This document shows, piece by piece, positions 52,350 through 60,888 of a stretch of 64,000 nt of DNA. A model generated the notes under the pieces. That model worked only from the letters and a program-made list of their open reading frames with translations. It did not search any database and had not been told where the DNA came from. The position numbers were made by a program, and so were the translations under genes. Source of the DNA: Bacteroidales bacterium (lineage in GTDB: Bacteria; Bacteroidota; Bacteroidia; Bacteroidales; VadinHA17); assembly GCA_022865305.1 (NCBI GenBank), contig JALHSP010000056.1:128760-192759 (forward strand), in the 5' to 3' direction. Position 1 is the stretch's first letter. Every line of letters begins with the position of its first letter.

Positions 52350-53072
52350 CTACTTTTTAGACTTTGATTTTATTGCAGGTTTTTTTTCTTTCACTGGTTT
52401 TGCAGCTTTGGGAGCCTTCGATTCCTTTTTTGCTATCGTTTCTTTCTTCTCCCTGACAACTTTTGCTGGTTTGGCAGGTTTCTTCTCTGCGGGCGCTTTT
52501 TTTACTTCTTTAGCTTTTTTAGACTCCTGTGCAGCTTTGGTTTCTTTAACCTCTTTAACCTGTTTTGTTTCCTTAACAGGTTTTGGTCCTTTTTTCTCTT
52601 TAACTTCCTTTACTTGTTTAGCTTCTTTTACCGGTTTTGGTTCTTTTGCCTTTTTGGCTGCTTTTTCTTTTTTAGCTTCTTTAACTGGCGTTGCAACTTT
52701 TACTTCCTTAGCTTCTTTTACATCCTTTATTTCTTCAACTGGCACTGCTTCTATTACTTCTGCCGGCTGTGTTACCTCCGTTACCTTAGTAACCTCTTTT
52801 ACAGGTTTAACTTCTTTCACAGGTTTAACTTCTTTCACAGGTTTAACTTCTTTCACAGGTTTAACTTCTTTCACAGGTTTAACTTCTTTAGCAGCTTTAA
52901 CTTCTTTTATTTCTTTTTTCTCCTTCAGAAGCTTTTTATCTTTCAGGTCTTTTTCTTTGCTAGTTGTAACAAGTTTAATTCCAGGTTTATCAGCTTTTTT
53001 CCTGCGGCGTCTTACACCATAGGTTCCAAGAATTATTTTTCCTCTTCTAGTTTTTTTATCACCTTTCCCCAT
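52350..53072 (-). CDS. ribosomal protein THX homologue fused to a long Lys-rich histone-H1-like repetitive tail
   Basis: The N-terminus MGKGDKKTRRGKIILGTYGVRRRRKK closely parallels Thermus Thx ([26 protein letters not shown]). The ORF continues for ~210 aa of K/E/V/P/A repeats, including KEVKPV x5. Confidence 0.7.
   Translation of the reverse strand: MGKGDKKTRRGKIILGTYGVRRRRKKADKPGIKLVTTSKEKDLKDKKLLKEKKEIKEVKAAKEVKPVKEVKPVKEVKPVKEVKPVKEVKPVKEVTKVTEVTQPAEVIEAVPVEEIKDVKEAKEVKVATPVKEAKKEKAAKKAKEPKPVKEAKQVKEVKEKKGPKPVKETKQVKEVKETKAAQESKKAKEVKKAPAEKKPAKPAKVVREKKETIAKKESKAPKAAKPVKEKKPAIKSKSKK
52801..52890 (-). repeat. 18-bp tandem repeat x5 inside the THX-fusion gene
   Basis: ACAGGTTTAACTTCTTTC (plus strand) starts at 52801, 52819, 52837 and 52855 as perfect copies. 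The copy at 52873 has one mismatch. Each encodes KEVKPV on the minus strand. Confidence 0.95.
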
Positions 53073-53246
53073 AATTATTTGTTTTGATTTGTTTTACTGA
53101 CCCGTTTCAGGGCGCTGGCAAAGTTAATAATTTTCTTCATTTTTAATTGAAATATTGCGCAAACCATAATACAAAAAGGTTAGCAGCCTCAAAAAATAGT
53201 GTTAAATAAAATCTTAACTTGCAGCAAAATCTATAAAACATTGTCA

Positions 53247-54020
53247 ATGCAGACATTAAACGATTTAAGACTGGCTGTTCTTATTGATGCCGATAATATC
53301 CCATACAGTAATGTAAAGGGGATGCTTGAAGAGATTGCCAAATATGGGACTCCCACATTCAAAAGGATTTATGGTGACTGGACAAAGCCGACTGTGGCAG
53401 GTTGGAAATCAGTCCTTCTCGAAAATGCAATAACACCGATACAGCAGTACAGTTACACCAGGGGTAAAAATGCCACTGATTCTTCGATGATCATTGATGC
53501 TATGGATATTCTCTATTCCGGCAAAGTTGATGGTTTCTGTCTTGTTTCAAGCGACAGTGATTTTACTCGTCTGGCAACAAGGTTAAGGGAAGCCGGAATG
53601 AAAGTGATCGGCATAGGTGAACGAAAAACACCGTCACCTTTTATTATTGCCTGTGACAAATTCATTTATATAGAAATTATAACTGCATCATCTGTTGTCC
53701 AGGAGCCGGTTACTTCGAAAAAACAAGTAGGTAAGAGACCGCTGTCAAGGCAAAAGGCAGAAGATAACGATCAGCAGGTACAGGGGAAAAAGGTAAAACG
53801 GCTGATTGCAACTTCAATCTCTGACCTTGCAGATGAAAACGGATGGGCTTACCTGGGAGATGTAGGTAACCTTATCCTTAAGAAGCAACCAGACTTTGAT
53901 CCCAGAAATTTTGGATTTACAAAGCTCACACCTCTGATCAAATCTCTTGATTTTGAGATTGATGAAAGAGAATCAGGGCAGAATCATATTAAGCATATTT
54001 ATATAAGGAACAGGAAGTAG
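53247..54020 (+). CDS. NYN-domain (PIN-like RNase) protein with C-terminal OST-HTH/LOTUS domain
   Basis: LAVLIDADNIPY...YGDW...VSSDSDFTRLA (NYN acidic motifs). The C-terminal GWAYLGDVGNLILKKQPDFDPRNFGFTKL is typical of LOTUS. The ORF extends to 53199. Confidence 0.7.
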   Translation: MQTLNDLRLAVLIDADNIPYSNVKGMLEEIAKYGTPTFKRIYGDWTKPTVAGWKSVLLENAITPIQQYSYTRGKNATDSSMIIDAMDILYSGKVDGFCLVSSDSDFTRLATRLREAGMKVIGIGERKTPSPFIIACDKFIYIEIITASSVVQEPVTSKKQVGKRPLSRQKAEDNDQQVQGKKVKRLIATSISDLADENGWAYLGDVGNLILKKQPDFDPRNFGFTKLTPLIKSLDFEIDERESGQNHIKHIYIRNRK

Positions 54021-54297
54021 ACGAAGGGACTAAGGGACGAAGAGACGAAGAGACTTGAAAATAAATCATCGAGCACCCTGCACCCTGCACCAACAGCTTT
54101 TATTGAACAAATCATATTGATTATTTTTATCCCCTTGAATAGAGAAGATTTTTATTAAAAACCACCTGAATTCAGAAATATTTGATAAAATACAGCTAAA
54201 AAGGGATGAAAATCCAAGATAATATACCGTATTATTTTTTGTTTCAAAAAAAAATATGACCTTTGCGCTGTTTTAATAACATATTAATAATTGAATT

Positions 54298-54615
54298 ATG
54301 AACATTTACGTAGGAAGTCTTCATTTTAAAATGGTTGAAGCAGAACTTAAAGAACTATTTGAAGAGTATGGCGAGGTAACATCCGCAAAAATCATTTTTG
54401 ATAAATACTCTGGGAAAAGCAAAGGATTTGGTTTCGTTGAAATGCCTAATGATGCTGAAGCAAAAAAAGCTATTGAAGAGCTTAATGGCGCCGAAGTTCA
54501 GGGAAGAAACATTATTGTTAACGAGTCCATCGAAAGAGCTGACAGAAGAAGCAATTTCAGGGGTGGCGATAATGACCGCAGAGGCGGTGGTGGAAACAGA
54601 AGGGATAACAGGTAG
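54298..54615 (+). CDS. RRM-type RNA-binding protein with RGG tail
   Basis: RNP2 IYVGSL, RNP1 KGFGFVEM, and the C-terminal tail FRGGDNDRRGGGGNRRDNR. Confidence 0.85.
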   Translation: MNIYVGSLHFKMVEAELKELFEEYGEVTSAKIIFDKYSGKSKGFGFVEMPNDAEAKKAIEELNGAEVQGRNIIVNESIERADRRSNFRGGDNDRRGGGGNRRDNR

Positions 54616-54634
54616 AACAAAAAAATCAAAAACT

Positions 54635-54832
54635 ATGAAAGGTACTATTAAATGGTATGACCGTGTAAAAGGCTATGGATTTATTCAGACTGAAGATAAC
54701 AAGGATATCTTTATCCACCGTTCCGGTTTAGAAGATTCCCATATCCAACTTGAAGCAGGTCAGGCTGTGGAATTTGAGGTTGAGCAGAGAGAAAAAGGAC
54801 CTGTTGCCATCAAGGTAAAAAGAGTGGATTAA
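54635..54832 (+). CDS. cold-shock-domain protein
   Basis: 65 aa with KGYGFI (RNP1) and IFIHRS (RNP2) motifs. It starts 19 nt after the RRM gene. The longer ORF 54398.. overlaps the RRM gene out of frame. Confidence 0.85.
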   Translation: MKGTIKWYDRVKGYGFIQTEDNKDIFIHRSGLEDSHIQLEAGQAVEFEVEQREKGPVAIKVKRVD

Positions 54833-54855
54833 TCTTACTCGAATTTAAAAAAATT

Positions 54856-54888
54856 GAGGCTGTGAGATATTTACAGCCTCTTTTTTTT
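54856..54888 (+). terminator. Rho-independent terminator of the RRM-csp operon
   Basis: GAGGCTGT-loop-ACAGCCTC followed by T8. Confidence 0.8.
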
Positions 54889-54954
54889 GACCCGGTTTTT
54901 TAATACCTTTATTTATTGGTGCAAAACTGCCATACTATACTTTTCAGAAAAATA

Positions 54955-57900
54955 ATGAAAACCATCTTTAGCAGACTATTAACAGCAGTTACAACTTCCT
55001 TGTTACTGACATTACCTCAGTTATCTTTCACTCAGGAAAGTAATAATTCCCTGGAAAAAGGATTTAAAAATCCTCCTGAATCGGCTAAACCCAGAACCTG
55101 GTGGCACTGGACAAACAGCAATATTACAAGGGAAGGCATTACAAAAGACCTTGAATGGATGAAGCGTGCCGGGATCGGAGGCATGCAGCTTGCAGATGTC
55201 AGTTCCGGGCAGGGTCAAACGGTGAAAGAGAAAATTGTATTCGGATCCCCCGAGTGGCTCGAAGCAGTAAAGCATGCTGCAGCGGAAGCCCGGAGGCTTA
55301 ATCTTGAAATGACTATTTTCAGTTCGGCAGGATGGAGCTTAACAGGCGGCCCATGGGTAAAACCAGAACAAGCGATGAAAAAGCTTGTATGGAGCGAGCT
55401 TAATGTTACCGGACCGGAAAATTTTTCAGGCGCCCTTCCTCAGCCACCATCAAATGAAGGACCATTTAAAAATCTGTCAAGATCGGCTAAAAGTAGCGGA
55501 AAAGAACCAACTTTCTATAAAGATTGTACAGTGCTGGCATTCCGTACTCCGGCAGATGATATAGGATCTGAATTATTTAATCCGGTCCTCACTGCAAGTT
55601 CAGGTATTAATAATCCTGAACTCCTTCTTGATGATGACCTTAACACATCAACTTCAGTTAAAACTTCAAAAGAATCTAAAACAGCATGGATACTTTTCTC
55701 TTTTAATCAGCCCTTTAAAGCACAAGCAATTACTCTCGCCAGCCGGAATGGAATTCCCTTTGGATCACTTCAGGTCAGCAATGACGGCCAAAATTATAAG
55801 ACTATTGCCGTTTTGCCAGGCCCACAGTTATATCGTGCCGGCAAGGTTGAAACAGTTGCATTCCCTGAAGCTGTGGCAAAATTCTACAGGTTTAATATAA
55901 CCGGGGCACCATGGAGACCTGCAGAAGTAATGTCGGAAGAGATACCCAGGGTTGACTCTGTTTATACCTTCAGCGAAATAAAGCTTCACAGTGGTGGAAG
56001 GATAAACAGGTGGGAAGATAAAGCCGGATTTTATCACCTCTTTGACTACGGACCAACTTTAAGTCCTGAAGTCTCTGCGGGCTCAGTAATCAGCTCATCC
56101 GGAATTATTAACCTTACCTCGAAAATGAAACCTGACGGTACCCTGAACTGGAACATACCTGAAGGTAACTGGACCATAATGCGTTTCGGTTACTCTCTTA
56201 CCGGTTCAAAAAACAGACCAGCCGTGCCATCAGGTCTTGGATATGAGGTCGACAAATTAAGCCGTGAACATACCGAATCATATATAAAGGCATACACTGA
56301 TCCTGTTGCCGGAACACTGGGATCTTTATTTGGAACATCCTTACGGTACCTGTTATTAGACAGTTGGGAAGCCGGTATGCAAAACTGGACCGACAAAATG
56401 ATTTCTGAGTTCAGAAATCGCAGGGGATATGATCCGACTCCGTTTCTCCCTGTCCTTTCAGGCCGCATAGTTGAAAATCCGGAAATAAGTGACAGGTTCC
56501 TGTGGGACTTCCGCAGGACACTTGCCGATATGTTTGCTGAAAATCATTTTTCCGTGATAACGGACTATATGAAACGCAACAGTATAGGTACATATGGTGA
56601 AGTATCAGGGGTATCGCTGGAGATCCTCGAAGATGCATTGCTAAGCAAGAAATTTGTCGATATACCTATGGGTGAGTTCTGGTTCAGCGCTCTTCACCCT
56701 GAACTTATGTATTACCAGGATATCAGGGGAGCTGCCTCAGCTTCACATATTTATGACAAAACACTTGTGGCTGCTGAATCATTTACAGGAGGTAACTTTG
56801 AATCCCCATACTCACTGAAAAAAATAGGTGATTACTGGTTCACTCAGGGCGTAAACAGGATAGTGTTTCATACATCTGCACACCAGCCACTTGACACAAA
56901 ACCGGGGAATACTATGGTTGGCACTCATATAAACCGCAACATAACCTGGGCGGAACTTGCAGAACCATTCATGACTTACCTGGCAAGGAATTCATTTATG
57001 CTTCAGCAGGGAAAATTTATTGCAGATTTAGCATACCTGCTGAATGAAGGAGCTCCATCAACCATGCCAATATGGGGCAGCGGCCTTGACCCGGTTCCGC
57101 CGGAAGGTTATGATTATGATTATATCAACGCCGATGCGCTTATAAACCGGATGTCAGTTGATTCAAATGGCAGGCTGGTTCTCCCTGACGGAATGAATTA
57201 TGCAGTACTTGTCCTGCCAAACACCGATCAGATGACAATACCTGTACTTAAAAAAATTCACGACCTCGTTTCTGCCGGGGCAACAATTCTTGGAAGGAAA
57301 CCTGTCAGAACTCCCGGGTTATCCGGCTATCCGGATTCTGAAGAACAATTACAATCGATGACTTTCGATCTATGGGGTGATCTGGACGGCATCAGCCGGA
57401 CAAAGCGTTCATTCGGCAAGGGAAAGGTGATCTGGGGGATGCCGCTTGCAAGAGTTCTTGCGGAATCAGGCGTTTCCATGGATGTTGAATACAGCAGGCC
57501 TCTCGATATTAAACTCTCATGGATCCATCGCCAAACCGATGAAGGAGATATCTATTTTATAGTTAATGGTACCGACAGTCTGATTTCAACTGATATAAGA
57601 TTCCGTGTCAGCGGAAAGGAAGCCGGATTGTGGGATCCGGCAACCGGAATGATTTATCCTGCCGGATACAGATCGGAGAATAATAAGACAACAGTAACTT
57701 TGCATTTAGATGAACGTCAATCTGTTTTTGTAGTATTCCACAACAAAGCCTCTGTCCCTTATCGAAATATTCCACCGGTTTCTTCAGAGACAGAATCTTT
57801 ATTAAATGGTTCATGGGTCGTTACATTTCCACCTAACCTGGGAGCCCCGGAAAAGATAGTTACAGAAAAACTGGAATCCTGGACTGCAAGCAGCGATGAA

Positions 57901-58302
57901 GGAGTAAAATATTTTTCAGGAACAGCAACATATTCAAAAACATTTAATGCTGTCAGGACCTGGCTTAAACCAGGTGCCAGGATAATCCTTGATCTTGGCA
58001 AAATCGGAGATATTGCAGAAGTGACATTAAATGGTGTCACTCTCGATACATTATGGAAATTCCCATATAAAGCAGATATAACCAGAGCACTCAAAAAAGG
58101 AGAGAATCAGCTCGAGATAAAAGTTACAAACCAGTGGACAAACAGGTTACTCGGGGATCAACAGGCAACAAAGGATAAAAAAGTACTTAATTCAACACTC
58201 CGCATTTTCCCGGGCCGGAAAATCAATGATTCAGGTCTTCTTGGTCCTGTAACAATAATTAAAGAGAAGAAATATTGGATAGAAACAAAAGAAAGACGTT
58301 AA
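54955..58302 (+). CDS. large exported glycoside hydrolase (GH106-like, family assignment tentative)
   Basis: Signal peptide after the Met at 54955. The N-terminal PRTWWHWTNSNITREGITKDLEWMKRAGIGG and C-terminal VTLNG..LDTLWKFPYKADIT..LKKGENQLEIKVTNQWTNRLLGD are typical of ~1100-aa Bacteroidota glycosidases. Confidence 0.6.
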   Translation: MKTIFSRLLTAVTTSLLLTLPQLSFTQESNNSLEKGFKNPPESAKPRTWWHWTNSNITREGITKDLEWMKRAGIGGMQLADVSSGQGQTVKEKIVFGSPEWLEAVKHAAAEARRLNLEMTIFSSAGWSLTGGPWVKPEQAMKKLVWSELNVTGPENFSGALPQPPSNEGPFKNLSRSAKSSGKEPTFYKDCTVLAFRTPADDIGSELFNPVLTASSGINNPELLLDDDLNTSTSVKTSKESKTAWILFSFNQPFKAQAITLASRNGIPFGSLQVSNDGQNYKTIAVLPGPQLYRAGKVETVAFPEAVAKFYRFNITGAPWRPAEVMSEEIPRVDSVYTFSEIKLHSGGRINRWEDKAGFYHLFDYGPTLSPEVSAGSVISSSGIINLTSKMKPDGTLNWNIPEGNWTIMRFGYSLTGSKNRPAVPSGLGYEVDKLSREHTESYIKAYTDPVAGTLGSLFGTSLRYLLLDSWEAGMQNWTDKMISEFRNRRGYDPTPFLPVLSGRIVENPEISDRFLWDFRRTLADMFAENHFSVITDYMKRNSIGTYGEVSGVSLEILEDALLSKKFVDIPMGEFWFSALHPELMYYQDIRGAASASHIYDKTLVAAESFTGGNFESPYSLKKIGDYWFTQGVNRIVFHTSAHQPLDTKPGNTMVGTHINRNITWAELAEPFMTYLARNSFMLQQGKFIADLAYLLNEGAPSTMPIWGSGLDPVPPEGYDYDYINADALINRMSVDSNGRLVLPDGMNYAVLVLPNTDQMTIPVLKKIHDLVSAGATILGRKPVRTPGLSGYPDSEEQLQSMTFDLWGDLDGISRTKRSFGKGKVIWGMPLARVLAESGVSMDVEYSRPLDIKLSWIHRQTDEGDIYFIVNGTDSLISTDIRFRVSGKEAGLWDPATGMIYPAGYRSENNKTTVTLHLDERQSVFVVFHNKASVPYRNIPPVSSETESLLNGSWVVTFPPNLGAPEKIVTEKLESWTASSDEGVKYFSGTATYSKTFNAVRTWLKPGARIILDLGKIGDIAEVTLNGVTLDTLWKFPYKADITRALKKGENQLEIKVTNQWTNRLLGDQQATKDKKVLNSTLRIFPGRKINDSGLLGPVTIIKEKKYWIETKERR

Positions 58303-58326
58303 AAAAACAGAAAGATGTAAAAAATG

Positions 58327-58355
58327 GATTGGCGTAGTCTGAGACTACGCCAATC
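58327..58355. terminator. bidirectional hairpin between convergent genes
   Basis: Perfect 13-bp stem GATTGGCGTAGTC-TGA-GACTACGCCAATC, followed by TTT. Confidence 0.65.
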
Positions 58356-58402
58356 TTTAACATCACCTATCTGTAACTATCTGTCAGATAAATAAACAAT
58401 AT

Positions 58403-59773
58403 CTAAACCAGCTTCCAGGGGCTGCGATACTCATAATGCATGAGTTTTGTTGCAGCACCATCGGTATCGTCAACAAATGTTTCAGTTGCCGGATCCCACT
58501 TAATAGTTCTTTTCAGTTCGCAGGCAATATTACCCAGTGTACAGACTGTACAGCTGCTATGACCGATTTCAACCGGAACAACAGGATCTTTCCCGGAACG
58601 TACAGCTTCAATGAAGTTCAACTGGTGTGGAATTCTTGTCTCATAAGGAACATTCGGGTCTTCCTGAATTGGTGTGGCAGGTTTGAATTTTGGATCAGAG
58701 ACATTCATGTCGCCCCTCCATACTTCAATCCAGCCATTTTCTCCAATGAATTTAACACCTTTTGTCTTCTTCTCATCAAATGGCTCTGAAGTCATAACAA
58801 CACCATTGGCATACTTGAACATCATATACTCAGTGCCATCGCCGATCGGTGAAATCTCAACAGGACCACTTCTGTCCATGCCGAGACCCCACTGTACAAT
58901 ATCAAACATATGGGCACCCCAGTCGGTTGTAAATCCGCCTCCCATCTCCTTATACCATCTCCATCCTCCCCAGAATTCCTCATCTTTTTCCGGATCGAGT
59001 GATATTGGTGGATTAAGCTGATTATTATAATGGATTGTGGCAGGAAGTGGGCCGAGCCACAGATCCCAGTTCAGATCAGCAGGAACAGGTTCTTCAGGAA
59101 GGTTGTAAGGTGTCGGAGGGGCTCCCACATAAGCGTTAACTAAAGTTATCTTACCAAGAGCGCCTGTCTGGACAAGCTTAACCGCATGCTGGAATTCAGC
59201 GCTGGAGCGTTGCTGGCTTCCAAGGCCAAATATTCTTCCTGTCTCACGGACTGTCTTTTTCAATTCCTGACCCTCCTTGATAGTGAAGGTCATCGGTTTT
59301 TCAAGGTAAACATCCTTTCCTGCTTTTAATGCAGCTATAGCAACCATTGCATGAGCATGATCGGGAATTGCTATTACCACAGCATCAATATCTTTTCTCT
59401 TCAGAAGATCCGGATACTTCTCATAAGTGGTGATTTCGACTTCCTTACCTGCTTTTTTATAGAAAGCAGTCACTCTCTTTTCGAAACGTTTGCGTTTGAT
59501 GCCATAAACATCACATCCTGCAAGCACTTTTACTCCTTCAATCTGGATAAATCCGTTCAGCAGGAACATTGCCTGCCTTCCAAGACCTATAAATCCCAAA
59601 CGGATGCTTCCGTCTGTTGGTTTGGTACTGCATCCTGTAAGATGCGGAATAACTGCCACACCAGCCATACCTGCAACAGTAGTGGTAAGGAACTGGCGTC
59701 GGGTCCATTGCTTTTTCGGGTTTTTCATTGGTTTCCTTTTAAATTTATTGGTAATCGTTGATTCACTTTGCAA
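58403..59773 (-). CDS. TAT-exported Gfo/Idh/MocA-family oxidoreductase
   Basis: Twin-arginine signal TRRQFLTTTVAGMAGVAV and Rossmann motif RLGFIGLGRQ. The size and C-terminal domain are typical of the family. Confidence 0.8.
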   Translation of the reverse strand: MQSESTITNKFKRKPMKNPKKQWTRRQFLTTTVAGMAGVAVIPHLTGCSTKPTDGSIRLGFIGLGRQAMFLLNGFIQIEGVKVLAGCDVYGIKRKRFEKRVTAFYKKAGKEVEITTYEKYPDLLKRKDIDAVVIAIPDHAHAMVAIAALKAGKDVYLEKPMTFTIKEGQELKKTVRETGRIFGLGSQQRSSAEFQHAVKLVQTGALGKITLVNAYVGAPPTPYNLPEEPVPADLNWDLWLGPLPATIHYNNQLNPPISLDPEKDEEFWGGWRWYKEMGGGFTTDWGAHMFDIVQWGLGMDRSGPVEISPIGDGTEYMMFKYANGVVMTSEPFDEKKTKGVKFIGENGWIEVWRGDMNVSDPKFKPATPIQEDPNVPYETRIPHQLNFIEAVRSGKDPVVPVEIGHSSCTVCTLGNIACELKRTIKWDPATETFVDDTDGAATKLMHYEYRSPWKLV

Positions 59774-59906
59774 ATCAAGAAACCATAAAATTATAATTTT
59801 TTCTTATAAAAAAATATATTCCAGTTCTAAACCTCCATAATCAATATTATACATTAAATCACTTAAGTGTTTATGCTCCGCAGGAGATTGCTATCCGGAA
59901 ACCATT

Positions 59907-60623
59907 TCAGAATCTCCCGAAAATAGAATATTTATCTGTATTACAGAATATTGATGAATAAAGGAACAATGCCGGATTATTTGTCCCCATTTTTCTTTCA
60001 AGGTGAAGGACAGATTGCCCTTTTCCAAGGTGGAGGTACCTGCTTATCCTTCCTGATGCTGGTATTGCCTTGATCCTTTGTTCACCTCCCTTTATTTCAA
60101 TATGGTAGTGTTCGCGCAGGATCTGGAAAAGAGACCTGTTTTCAAACTGGCGTGATGTTATCCGGGGCAGATTGATATTGGCTATATAACTTATATCGTA
60201 AAATATAGGTTCATTATCAAGCAGCCGGAGCCTTTCAAAATAAATGCAGCCCGACTCTTTTTCCAGCTCCGTAAGCGGGAACATAAAATCTTCCGACCAT
60301 GGGATCAGGGAAGGTTTGACAATAATTCTGGTTTTCAGGTTACGGCTCCCTACTGCTGATGTCGTACCAGATACTGATAAGATGCCTATCTCCTTTGGGA
60401 GATGATGAACAATACTTCCTTTCCCCTGATGTTTTCTTATATAACCATCATTAGCAAGTGTACTGAGCGACTGCCTTACGGTTGGACGAGTCATTCCATA
60501 TAACTGGCAAAGTTCATTTTCGGAAGGCAGCAAATCACCCTCCTTATAGATCCCGTCGATAATATGTTTGCGGAGTATTTCATATAGCCTCCTGTGCTGA
60601 GGAATATTTTTTTCCTGAACCAT
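59907..60623 (-). CDS. GntR-family transcriptional regulator, HutC subfamily (UTRA effector domain)
   Basis: wHTH LPSENELCQLYGMTRPTVRQSLSTLANDGYI and a UTRA-like C-terminal domain. The ATG is at 60623, with a GTG at 60626. Confidence 0.8.
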   Translation of the reverse strand: MVQEKNIPQHRRLYEILRKHIIDGIYKEGDLLPSENELCQLYGMTRPTVRQSLSTLANDGYIRKHQGKGSIVHHLPKEIGILSVSGTTSAVGSRNLKTRIIVKPSLIPWSEDFMFPLTELEKESGCIYFERLRLLDNEPIFYDISYIANINLPRITSRQFENRSLFQILREHYHIEIKGGEQRIKAIPASGRISRYLHLGKGQSVLHLERKMGTNNPALFLYSSIFCNTDKYSIFGRF

Positions 60624-60661
60624 CACCAGAATATTTTTTTTTTGTAAATATATTATTTTTT

Positions 60662-60677
60662 ACTTGTAAATACAAGT
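60662..60677. promoter_or_regulatory. candidate GntR/HutC operator palindrome
   Basis: ACTTGTA-AA-TACAAGT is a perfect 7-bp inverted repeat 39 bp upstream of the GntR start. An extra half-site TTGTAAATA lies at 60642-60650. Confidence 0.4.
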
Positions 60678-60788
60678 TATAATAATTATTTTTGTACTCG
60701 TTGATTTATAGTGATATCAGATAAAGTGATTTTTATAGTTTACTAACTTATGATAACAAGTAAAGTAACAACCAGTAACAAGCAACAT

Positions 60789-60857
60789 CCCCCCTTGAGG
60801 GGGCAGGGGGGTGTATTGAATGTGGAAAACATCCCCCTAACCCCCTTCAAAGGGGGA
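60789..60857. repeat. GC-rich C-run/G-run hairpin repeats, copies 2 and 3
   Basis: CCCCCCTTGAGGGGGCAGGGGGGTG (60789-60813) and ATCCCCCTAACCCCCTTCAAAGGGGGA (60831-60857). Both are preceded by AACATCCCCC. Confidence 0.6.
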
Positions 60858-60888
60858 AATAATTAGTAACCAATAACTAACATCTAAT

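Noticed and set aside
52801-52890. Regular short repeats considered as a possible CRISPR array
   Set aside because: The units are contiguous 18-mers with no spacers and lie inside an ORF where they maintain the frame. No cas genes are in the window.
52327-53022. 231-aa plus-strand ORF (and 52614..53087) rich in F/S/L/T/G opposite the THX-fusion gene
   Set aside because: It is the mirror image of the lysine-codon repeat (AAA/AAG read as TTT/CTT on the other strand). It has no start context or motifs. The minus-strand frame has the recognisable THX N-terminus.
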